A stretch of DNA of 64,000 nucleotides from Vitrella brassicaformis CCMP3155 (lineage: Eukaryota; Protista; Chromerida): contig CDMY01000456.1 of the NCBI GenBank assembly GCA_001179505.1, positions 124,001-188,000 on the forward strand, given 5' to 3'. The number at the start of each line of letters is the position of its first letter. Positions within the stretch are counted from its first letter, which is position 1. Below the pieces are notes generated by a model. The model was not told the origin of the DNA and ran no database searches. It saw only the letters and a program-made list of their open reading frames with translations. Of the stretch, positions 53,372-64,000 are shown in pieces. A program made the translations under genes and the position numbers.

Positions 53372-55328
53372 ATGGTGCTTTCCTCGTCTGATTTGGCCGT
53401 GAGGGCCCTGTGTATGGTGAGTTGTGTGGTGTCTGCGGTCACCACGTCGGTCACCGTATCGCATGGCGTGGCTGCGGGTTTGACAGCCGAGGGCGATGAC
53501 AAGACCTGGACCGTCGCCCACAACAAATACCGCTGTCTGTAAGATCACACAAGTAGACCAAGCATTCATGGCCGGAGCTGTGCGTTCTTGCTCCAAATTT
53601 GCAGCCATGGCGGCCCTTATTTAACATGGAACCAGTGGGTGGCCGACTCAGGTAAACACATTTCTCTGCATGGTGTTTCAATCTGCGGATCGTTCGACGT
53701 GCAGCACAAGAATGGTCCAACAAGCTGAAGTCGAAGGAGGTGTCTGGGCATTCTAAGTCATACAAGCTTGAACCCCCTCAGGGGCCGGCAGGTGGGTAGA
53801 CGACACAGCAGTGTGTGTCCACCGGGCAGGCAGACAAGCCTGCAGTGTCTCGATCTCCCCCTTGCACGCTGCGCCTGTGTCATTTACGTGTAGGGGAGAA
53901 CCTGGCATGGGGATATGGAAATGCGGAGCTTGCCACTCACGGCTGGTACAAGGAATACGACATGTGGCTCAACACGTCGCAGGACAGCTTCAGCTCTGGC
54001 ACCGGGTGGGTGGGTGGGTGGGCGATCCACTCGGATGCTCCCTGCCAGGAAATGGTCACGTGTGCACTGCACGTTATTGTTTGTCTCTTTCTTTTCTCCC
54101 TTTAGCCACTTCACTGGTAGGTGAGGTCGCTTATCCGTCGATTTTCTGTAGTCTGACTCTCTCGCCGTGGCAGCGATGGTATGGAAGGGTGTGCGGCAGC
54201 TGGGCTGCGGCACAGCTGAGAAGACATACACCTGCAGATACAAAGCCAGGGACCAGACGGTAGGCGCTCATGGATGGCAGACAGCCAATCCACCCACATA
54301 TCCGCATACACTGCCCTTGTCTTATGAGCTGACTGCATGTCTGATGCTCTCTTCTCAAGGGCGGGGACACGCCAAACATGGGTGAGTATGTGTGCGTCTG
54401 CGGGAGCGAGGCACCAGGACAAGGGACCATTGTTTGGCTTCATGAGTTCAGGGGGGAACTTCGCCACCCAGGTGCCGCAACGAGGCAGTAAATCGGAAGA
54501 GGAGTGCGAAGAGGAAGCTGAATACATGTGGTGTAAGTGTTCTTGTCTGCATTTCTGCACACACGCCCAGGGAGGTACCAGAGGCAGCATAACCATGCAT
54601 GTGTCTCCCCGTCTCTGTCTGCCTGTGATGGCGTCTCACCTCACTCAGACCTCGTCAGCAACTACACCACACTGATAAGGGGTCTCAGCCCGACGCCTCT
54701 GGCTGCCTACCTCACTGCTACGCAAATGTAGGAACAAAGGTACTGCACGACGACACGCGGTGGATGTGTGTGTGTGTTGTGTGCTTGTTGTGTGTTGCGC
54801 CATCTCTGCCACAGGGACGACCAGTACACGAATAACACGACTCAGTGCGACCTCACGCCTCAGAAGATGACATGTACTGCGCCCGAGCAGCCCATCACCG
54901 CAGAGGACTTTGGGCTTTTCGTGGCCACACTCGGAATATCACAAGGAGATGGGGTGAGTAAGCCCACGAGACATGGGTATCGTCTGACTGTCTGTTTGTC
55001 TGACTGTCTGTTTGTTTGTCTGTCTGTCTGTGGGTGGGCTACTTGATACTCATGCAGGCGAAACTGCTGGCGATGCTGGACAGAGACGAGGATGGCGACA
55101 TTTCCTACGAGGAATTCGCTTTTGTCGCAGACGGTCAGCCGAGACACACACAATCGCGGCATGTATGTGTGTGTGTGTATGGCTCTGTCAATGCGTGCAG
55201 ATGGCCTTGGAGGGTGGGCGGAGGTTGATGATTGGGTGGACACACTGAGCAGCTCCGTCACCGGTGCGCCGCATGGTTTCCTCTCTGCCGCGGTTGCTCT
55301 GGTCATGGCATGGCTGTGGATGAGCTAG
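53372..55328 (+). CDS. CAP/PR-1 (SCP) domain protein with EF-hand and probable GPI signal
   Basis: Signal-like MVLSSSDLAVRALCMVSCVVSA; AHNKYRCL|HGGPYLTWNQWVADS|AQEW...|GENLAWG...WYKE...GT|GHFT|AMVWKGVRQLGCG...YTCRY; later LDRDEDGDISYEEF; C-terminal SSSVTGAPHGFLSAAVALVMAWLWMS*. Confidence 0.85.
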
Positions 55329-55711
55329 ACTGACCGATCGATGCGAGAGAGAGCGCGATGAGTGAGATTGCCGGTTTGATAACTGATTTGGTCTTCATTG
55401 TTCTCCGGTCTCCAACAACTGTTATCCAGTTGACAGCTTTTTATTCTTTCCCTTGGATTGTGTTGTTGTGTGAAAATCCTATCCATATGCGCATTCAATG
55501 CGTCTGTCTGTCGCCCAAACAAGATATGCTATGAGACAAAGCATGCAACCGCTGTCTGTCGACACGACACCCACACACGGCTGGTGACGTCCGAATCAAC
55601 CAACCCGCCATACCTCAGCCACGCACGAATATGCACATCGTTTCTCACACGATCCACCGGTTACGCACGACGCTGCACCACCGCCCCTTCCCTCTGCTGT
55701 CTTGCCTGTCG

Positions 55712-57006
55712 CTAGGCCTCTATCTGGTCGAAATTGGTGTGGCCGGTTTGCTTACAGTGCTCCACTGCCTCTTTCTCGCCCTTGAAGGCCTGCGCGCACA
55801 CCAGACACCGGATGGTCATTCCCGCCGTGTCGGTGTACTGCTTGCGGGTCTTGAGGTCATCCGCTATCTCCAACGCCTGAAGGAAGGAGCCATGAGCACC
55901 ATCCCAATCAACAAAGGCGTAATGCGTCGTGTCGGTCTGTCTGTCTGTCTGTCCGTCTGGTCGTGTGTTGCCTCGCTCACCCCGCCTAACGCCATGTCGT
56001 CTGCGGGGTCGAATAGCGTGACCTCACCGCCGCCCGCCTTGCGGCCGACAAAGTAGTCGTAATGGATGCCGTCATACAGCAGCAGACCCCTCTTGGGATA
56101 CTGCTCCGACTCACCTGCACATATATCCCAAAACAGCAGCACAGCATATATAATATGACACACCTCACCTCTCTGTCTGTCTGGTCGATCGGTTGACGAT
56201 TGGCTGACTGACTGACCATAGCTGTCGACCCTGAGTGTCTGCACGTCGATGGCGCTGAACTGCGTCCTGTAGTACTCGGCGAAGATCATCAACTCAATGA
56301 ACCCTCCCCAGCTCTCGCTCTTCAATATCCACTCGCAATACCGGTCCGTCGGCCTTCCCAATATCGCCTCGCTGAACCGGTCTGGGTCTCTCCTGACGGC
56401 GTCGCGTATGATACGCCTGAGGTCCATGTTGCTCTTGGAGGGGTCGACGATGGACCGGATGCAGTTGAACAGGCACGAGTTGTCGGCCGGCACGACCTTT
56501 CTCTCAACCTGAAACAAAGAAACAGACCGACAGACACGCAGCCGCACTGCATGATCCGCATGCATTCATATCCCTCCCTCTTGGATCGGTACCTTTTCAA
56601 CATGATCCGCCTCTGCTGCGCAGCTGGCGGGACGGGCCTGTGACGATCCGCCATTCTGCTGTGGTGCAGAGGGCGGGGGGGACGCTGTCGGTGGTGCCTG
56701 GAGGGTCTGCTGCTGCCCATTGCTGACATCCGACCTCTCCGCGCCCTCCTCAACGACCAGCATCTCATTGTCGGCAATGGGCACGTCGCTCAGCGGCCTG
56801 TCGTCTGCCAGCGATGTGTCGATGGGCTGCGGAGGGAAGCCCACCTTGATGACCTGCCGGTTGGCTGCGATGCCGGTGCACTCGCTCACTTTCTGCCGCA
56901 GTGTGCCGAGGACGAACGGCTCCTCCAGCTCTACCGGTGAGCGCTTGCCTTGATGCCGGATCAGCAGCCTCATCTCGGGGAAAGTATCACGTTTCCTTTT
57001 GCTCAT
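55712..57006 (-). CDS. YOD1: OTU1/YOD1 deubiquitinase (UBX-like, OTU, C2H2 zinc finger)
   Basis: RQVIKVGFPP, VPADNSCLF, YCEWILKSESWGGFIEL, LLYDGIHYD, RCLVC...GEKEAVEHCKQTGHTNFDQ. Confidence 0.95.
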
Positions 57007-57192
57007 CAACCGAAGCGGAGCTTCCTTTCTTTCCTTGTCCTGAGAGAGCGGTTTCACGGACATCTGCGAGCTCAGAGACCTCCAGCCCCCTTTTAGATCT
57101 GAGGATCTGGCGCTTCCCGGGTGTTTTGACGGCATCGGCAGTCAACAAAAGACAGACAGAGAATGGCCGCTGGATCAATTTTTCGCCGTTTA

Positions 57193-58425
57193 ATGAGGCG
57201 GCTATTCATCTCCACATTGCTTCTTCCCGCATGCCAGTCCTTCCACCAGCCGCTCTACAATGGTCAACTACGACAGCAAGCATCCCGGCTGTCTTCTCTT
57301 CGTGAAGGCGATGCTGCGTTGAATCGGAGGTTGTTCGTAGATCAGCAGCTTGTACTGCCCATCGCCATGTCACCTTTAGTGGCGACAGCAGGCGTGCATG
57401 CGGCTGAGGAGGGGCCGCCCACTCCTGCTACTGCTCCACGGATAAGCGATCGGTGTTATTTGGACATGGAGTTGAATGGGAAGTTGCTGGGCCGGGTTGT
57501 GGTTGGGCTGTGGGGGGAGGAGGCACCCACGAGCGTACAGACGTTTGCACAGGTGGGTGGGACGGAGAGGGGATGGATGCGATGCATTGGATGGAGGCAG
57601 AGCTGGAGAGCTGGACACGCCGTTCTGTTATGTGTTTGTTGTGTGTGATTGCATTGATGCATTGCCTCATTGCCTGCAGTTGTGCGGCAAGACCTATCCC
57701 GGCGGTCTGTCATACGCCTACAGCGCCATGTCCAAAGTGTTCCCCAATCAGTTGGTCGTGCTGGGCAAGATCACCGGGGACGGCACAAAGAAGGTTGACA
57801 AGAAGATCGACGAGACGGGGAGAGTGCGGGTGACTTACACCGACAGGGCCACCTACGAGACCGCCAACACCGATTCGCCGTCAACCAGCCATTCGTCAGA
57901 GGGGCTCGTGTCTGTCAGGTGCGATGCGCTGCGGCCGGCCATTTTTGTGTTGTGCATGTGATGTTATGTCCCGTGCCTGCCTGCCTGCAGGCGTGGCGGT
58001 GGCACCTTTGAGTTTGGCGTCACTCTGCAGCCGATGCCCGACCTTGACAGAGACTACATTGTCATTGGCCAGGCGAGGAAGGAGCTCACACACAGACAGA
58101 CATACACGCATTCATCCCCCCGTCTGCTTCCTTCGTGTATGTGTGTGTGCAGGTGTTGGAAGGCATGGATGTGATCAAAAGGCTCAGTAGGGTCAAATAT
58201 ATCCCTCCAGAAGACCTTAGAGTCAGGAAACTGACTGGCCACACAATGAATGGATTGACGAGGCCCAATGTTCATGTCTGTCTGTCTGTCTGCCTGTCTG
58301 TCTGCTTCTGTTAGGAGGCTTTTCGGAGTGTGGCCAAGGCGATAGGTGACCCGAGGGCCAGTGGTGGCGGCGATGCATACTCGCCCGTTGCCAAAGTCAT
58401 TACCAAAAACGTTGGGCTATTGTGA
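57193..58425 (+). CDS. Cyclophilin-type PPIase-like protein, probably in the plastid thylakoid lumen
   Basis: Signal (MRRLFISTLLLPACQS-F), transit-like segment, Tat-like NRRLF...GVHA-AEE; ISDRCYLDM...LGRVVVGLWGEEAPTSVQTF, GGTFEFGVT...LDRDYIVIGQ|VLEGMDVI. Confidence 0.85.
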
Positions 58426-58780
58426 GATCAGAGAGGGAGGGGGAGGGGATGGGCGGTTTTGCCGTGTAGATATCTAGATGTTTGGGAGAGCTGCAGCATC
58501 TCAGTGAGTGTCTATGGTGGCAATCGGTAGACAGACAGACGTATGGACACGAAGGAAGGAAGGGCTGTAGAATGAAGTTAACTAAGTTGGTCGACACGTC
58601 AGATTCAGGCGATTCGTGGTCTGTCTTTCTGCCCATCCGCCCATTAGGAACAGCTAGCCATACACTCGATAAATGCAATGCCTGCCCTGCCTGGCAGCAA
58701 TCTACACAGGCTGGCTGGCTGCCTTCATCCTCTCAAACATCAACACATCTCTACTCCTTCCTTGACATCGCACACGCGCA

Positions 58781-60716
58781 CTAGCCCCCGACTACTTCCG
58801 GCGACACGCTGCAGCTCGGGTCGCTGAAGTTCCGACGCACTATCGCTCGAATAATGTCAGCACGGACAAAGTCATGGGTGATGACGTTGACCTTCAGGCA
58901 TCTCCACACGTCGCTGGCCAAGGCCTGCATGCCACACACACACACACACACGAAACACACGGGAGACAAGAAAGCCATCTCTCTCTATGTCTGACTGCGT
59001 GTTCTACTCTCTGTCTTCTGGCAGCGGCTGACCTGGAGCAGCACTTTGTGGGCAGCACACGCGGCCGCTTCGTTGGTCGAAAAGGTGCCGTGGCCACCCC
59101 GGCAGTTAAGGCGTAGGATGGAGCTGATGACCATTCGGGCATCGGGGGTCAGCTCAGCCTTTAGACACACGCACAGCACACATGCCCACCTAGCTATACA
59201 TAGATCCGCTGTGTCGGTGCGCGTGTATAGGTGTGGACCTGCCTGCAGCACGTGCAGCTTCTTGTTCCGCCCACTGATGTGGCGCTGCTTGTCCTCCAGC
59301 CACTGCCACACAGACAGCAGACTGACTCGTCCATGGCCACCCATTCCTCACTGCACAGACCCTCTCTCCGACCCGTGCCGACCTTGGTCATGTTGTCCAT
59401 CAGCTGATTCGGGTCAGCGGTGCGCGTCTTGCCCCAAGATCCTGCCCACACAGGCCCATGCGCAACATCACGACTAACGATCAACAAATGTAATCACACC
59501 TCGTGCATCTCACCGCGCACGAGGTCCTCTTGTGCCGGGAGGCACGTGGCCCCCTGACCCAACAACACCAGCCTCTTGCCCGCGTCGGCCAGCCTCCCTA
59601 TCGGCCAGGTCAGGTGGTGACAATCGGCGATCTGAGGCATGCAAGGAAAGAGATGGCCTCCGAGGTGGCTGGATGTCTGTGTGTGCGCATGTGGGCTTGT
59701 CACCATGTCGTTGCAGTGGGCTTCCCACAGAGCTCTCACTTCCCCCCACTGATCGTCACAGAGCTTCTCCGGAAAATCGCCCTTCATCACCACAACCACC
59801 TGCACGAACACACACCTACGCGCACACACCCGCAAGTATGGACCGTCGGCGCAGCGCACCACTTCGGTCTGCGCGTCGCGGTCGTGCACAACGAACTCGG
59901 CGATCTCTCGGATGATCTCCTCCAGCGGCCGGCAGAGGAACGTGTGACTTACCCAGTACCTAAATGCATCACTCACCATACATACACACAGACATGCCTG
60001 CAGGCACTCACCACCCACCACCCCCCAGTCAGCTCATCACTTGGGTGGTGGTGGGTCGTGTTGCCTGAAGAAGGCCCCCTCTTTGGCAAGGTAGCTGCAC
60101 ACCGGTCGAGGCCTCTTGGAAGTGTCCTTAATCCGCAGGTCGATCAGCCGTATACCCATCCGCAGCTGCTGCAGCACGTTCACACCCTGACACCGCCCCC
60201 ACCTGGCGGGCAGGCCACTCACAAAAGGGAATCTGTCTGCACCCGAGTCGTGGCTGCCTGGAAAGAAGAACCTCACACAACACACAATCTGGACATCAGC
60301 ATTTCCCTGCATTGATTGCACTCAATGTATTCAGTGGACTCACCGGGCGGCGCCAACTCCACTAGCGACTTATCTCAGACCTCCTGATGCGTCATCCAGT
60401 CCTTCAGCGTCTCCTCCTCGCCGCCACTCGCCCACTCACCACCCCTTTGAGCGTTCGCGTGACGGCCACCCATTCGCGCCAGAAGCCCGGAAGGCCTCCC
60501 TGCACTCATACACACGGATCTGCATCCATGTGCGTCTGTCTGTCTGTGTGCCTGCCTGCCTGTGAACCGGTGTCGGGGTGTCTTGTGCTGCCGCAGCACC
60601 AGGTGAGCGACAGAGATGAGTCCGATCAAAGGGAAAGGGTCTGCTGCGTGACGCCAGCACCACACGGGGGAGTGATTGCAGCGGCCGAGCGATGCTTGGG
60701 ATGAATCAATGGGCAT
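58781..60716 (-). CDS. PI-PLC X-domain (PLCXD-like) protein with one in-frame TGA at 60375-60377; start uncertain
   Basis: LKDWMTHQEV*DKSLVELAPPG|SHDSG...CQGVNVLQQLRMGIRLIDLR...|YWVSHTF...LEEIIREIAEFV...LHVLQAELTP...VNVITHDF; both catalytic His are present. Confidence 0.75.
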
Positions 60717-61034
60717 GGAGCAGGGAGGGATGACCTGCAGACGATGGATACATGGATACATGACCATTGAAGACGATGGAAGACGATGGATACATGGATA
60801 GATCGTTGCACGCACGTGCCGTTTCGTGGAGGTTTGCTACCTCTTCCTTTCCTTCCCCGTGCCCCAACTAAGCTAAGCTCGCTGACGGCAGGTGGCCCCC
60901 AGTCTCCCCCACCTCACAGCAACTTGAAGTTCCGGCTTGAAGGAGTTTTGCCTGCAAAATCTGTTTCGGCGCGAGTCCCCAAGGCGTTTGACCCAGCCCT
61001 GTACACCTCCATCTGACGACAACATACCGTGGGG

Positions 61035-64000
61035 ATGGCTCCTAAGAAAGACGACAAGAAAGGCGGCAAGGGGGCAGAAGCTGACTCCTTCAGCAGCTAT
61101 GCTCCGCGGGAGCCTCTCCCGCCACCGCCGGCCCCTGCGGCCACAGATTTCCCTGCACCACAGCAGCCGAAGCACGTGCCCCAAATGTTCCCTGCCTTCA
61201 GTGCAGAAGACATGCAGGTACTTAAGGGAGGGCCGCGGCGAATGTGGATGGTGTTGTGCATGGGTGTGTATGTGAGTGATGTCAGGGTGAGGTGTGGCTG
61301 CCCGACGAGGTGGACAACCGTTTTGTGGACATCTCTTTCAACCGCTCGCTGCTGCCCAAGAGTGTCGCCTCTCGCGTCAAGGGCTGGAAGAGGGCATACG
61401 ACCTCCCTGATCTTGAGAAGCCCTTCGAGCCTGAGCCACCGCTGCCAGGTGAAAGAAAGGAACACAGATCCTGCGTGTGTCCATATGTGTGTGTGTGTAT
61501 GTGTGTGTGTGTGTGTTGTGTGTGACAGAGGTGGAAGAGGAGACGGCCAAGCCGGCCGATGCGAAAGGCAAGAAGGCCGGCAAGGACGACAAAAAGAAGG
61601 ACGACAAAGCCGCGGCCAAGAAGGGCGCCCCGACGTCCACCAAGCCCGTCGATGAGGTCTTCGCGTCGGTCCTGCAGCAACTGCAGGCGGCCTCCGATGA
61701 TCGGTGCTGCGTGCTGCCCCGGGCGGACTGGTGCTGTCGGTATGCGGGCCTGGGTGAGGACGAGAGGGACGTCGAATGGGCACAGTGGGTGGCGTCTCTC
61801 TACCGGATGATCGCAAACCACCCACGATTCTTCGCCAAGGTAGATAGAGTGGATTGAGGCATGCCAAACCACACCAGGCCACAGCACACTGAGGGTAGGG
61901 TGTGTGTCCATACGTATGTCGTTGTGCAGGGGACGTTCCTGTATGAGTGTCTGTATCCGCAAGACTCCCGCGGGCTGCCGCTGGTCAACCCCAACGGCCG
62001 ATACCTCATGCGCCTCTTCATCCACAGTGCCTGGCGCGTCGTGGAGTTCGACGACGTCATCCCGCTGGACCATGCTGGTGTGCCACTCCTGCCCAAAGCA
62101 GACAACCCACGGCACCTCTGGCCCCTCCTACTCACAAAGGTGGGTAGGTGTGTGTGTGTGTGTGTGTGTGTGTGGCCGTGAGACACCTGTGTGAGTGTGT
62201 TTGTTCGTTGTGTGACATCAGGGGCTGCTCAAGGCGTTTCAGCCCGAGTTGGCTGCGGGTGTGCAGCAGCTGCCCATTGTGGAGGCCCTCACAGGCTGGC
62301 TCCCACACAGGACAACACGTACCATCTCACCTCTCCCCAGACCCAATATATAACCGCCCGATCTCCCTTTTCGCAGTGTCTTGGTCGTCTCTGGAGCGGT
62401 GTGTGCATCGGAACGTGATGGTGTCCCTGAGCCTCAAGTCGGATGCAGCGGCGGCCAACGCCCGTCGACGGCCGACCACATCGCCCTCCCCTGCTGCACA
62501 GGAGGACGGCAGTGTCAGCAGCACCGCCAAGCCAAAGAAGAGGGCGAGCAAGAGAAAGGTACAGAACAGAGGGAGCGAGGGATCGGACAGACATCAAATG
62601 GGTGGCATGCTTGGTGTCTCTCGGTCTGTGTGTCGGCTTGCAGGCTGCCGAGGAAGCGAAGGAAGCCAAGAGGGTACCTACCATACAATACACACAAAGG
62701 CGCCAGCGGACTTTTCCTTCCGCGGTTGCCTGTGAGTGAGTGCTTTCTCTGTCTTGTTCTTCTCAGCCTGACACGGGGGTGCGTGAAGCCCCTGCATTGC
62801 CCGAGACCATCGTGTGTGCCTGGCAGTCATACCTCCTATGCGAGATGGCCGATGAGCCCAGACAGGTAGGTAGGTAGGTAGGTACACAGCCGCCCACACT
62901 CAGCTAGCTAACCAGACAGACGCTCACACCGGTGGGTGAACTGTGCAGGTGCGTGTCAAGTGCGGATCGATGCGGCCGCTGGGATCGCTGCGGCGGCGTA
63001 GACGGCTGGACTCTGAGTATTCTGTGGAGGATGACCACACGCCAAAGACCTTCCCAAACGACACACAAGGCGCGTTCGACCCACTGCTCGCTGGACAGCA
63101 GCAGTGAGTCACAAACACACACACAACACAACCACACGACCGACCCTCTCTCTCCCCTCTGTCTCTCTGTCTTCGCAAAGGCTCAGTCAGCGTGTGCTGC
63201 TTTCCCCCTCCCCCTCACCCCCACCGCTGCCTCCGCCCCCCGGGCCCAAGACGACAGACGACGGCCAGGAAGCGCCGCCCACTCAGCAAGAGATCGACGA
63301 CAGAATGAATGACTTCTACGGAGAGCTGGCCAAGAAGTGGCAGCCCGCCAGCGATCGTCCGCTGCCCATCCCGCCCGATGGCGTCACATACGATGGCGGC
63401 TGCTGGGTCTTGTGGGAGGACCTGCTCTCCCTCGCTGGCACATCGATGGTGCAGTATTTCCTCCCGCAGGACTACTTCCATGTGGCGCATTTCGACGGTG
63501 CGTGGGAGAGGCGGGACGAGCCGTTCAAGCTGCCGGTGCCGCATGTGTGTGTGCTGACTCTCGCCCCTCCCCCGCCCCCTCCTGAGCCGCCCAGAGGCAA
63601 GGGCAATCGGATGGCACGAACAGGGTAACAACAAACAGACCACAGACACAGGACAGGGGCTTGTCGTGTGTCACTAATTGATGTGTCTCCTGCCTGCACC
63701 CATGCTGTCTGTCAGAACAAGGTCTCGTGTCGAAGCGAGGCGCAGCAGCACCGGTGCGAGCATGCCGCCAGAGACCACCAGGCCGCCCGTGGATGAGATC
63801 CCGCGGCTGCCTACTATATTCCAATTCACGCCCCTCCTCCCCCTGCCGCCACGCACAGCAGCACCACCCGCCCCCCAGCAGCCACCAGAAGGAGCCGACC
63901 AGCAGCAGGACCAAGAGCAGCAGCAGCAGCAGCCGGCCTCTCCCCGCCCCCCGCCCCCTCCCTCCCCCCCTCTGCTCGACGAAGGCGAAGATGCCGAGTC
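61035..64000 (+). CDS. Androglobin-like protein with calpain-like (CysPc) domain, 3' end outside the window
   Basis: MAPKKDDKK...; LLPKSVASRVKGWKR; LYPQDSRGLPLVNPNGRYLMRLFIHSAWRVVEFDDVIP...LLP...LWPLLLTKGLLK...LTGWLP; CWVLWEDL. No catalytic QGxxGDCW motif was seen. Confidence 0.72.

Noticed and set aside
58640-58780. Possible SECIS downstream of the TGA-containing PLC gene (ATGAA-GGCAGC...GCTGCC on the minus strand)
   Set aside because: The helix is too short, there is no apical AA and no 3' GA quartet, and PI-PLC is not a redox enzyme.
1-64000. Genome-wide UGA reassignment, suggested by the in-frame TGAs in the rhodanese and PLC genes
   Set aside because: ABCE1, CTU2, the cyclophilin and TNPO3 end in TGA at the expected C-termini, and Trp is encoded by TGG throughout.

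Overview
Intron-rich, GC-rich eukaryotic nuclear DNA with microsatellite-packed introns ((CA)n/(TG)n, (GACA)n, (ATCC)n) and two assembly gaps of about 300 N. Plastid-type bipartite leaders, a vWA/EGF adhesin and the intron style suggest a chromerid alveolate such as Vitrella (inference, not verified). Genes read manually through the introns: ABCC transporter (runs off the left edge), membrane-anchored class I methyltransferase-like protein, chromodomain protein, tRNA-Arg(UCU), a truncated rhodanese-like ORF, a decayed TLDc-like pseudogene, a small hypothetical gene, transportin-3/MTR10, CTU2, a family-6-like uracil/hypoxanthine DNA glycosylase, a large probably plastid-targeted orphan, an orphan membrane protein, B3GNTL1/QTGAL, ABCE1, a mucin-vWA-Ig-EGF secreted protein, a CAP+EF-hand+GPI protein, OTU1/YOD1, a thylakoid-type cyclophilin, a PI-PLC X-domain gene with an in-frame TGA, and an androglobin-like calpain-domain gene (runs off the right edge). 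Most genes sit in tight head-to-head pairs. Main leads: the QTGAL orthologue outside animals, the single in-frame TGA in an otherwise intact PLC gene, a nested foldback inside a microsatellite-poor pseudogene island, and the mosaic adhesin. No database searches were run, so all homology calls come from motif recognition.
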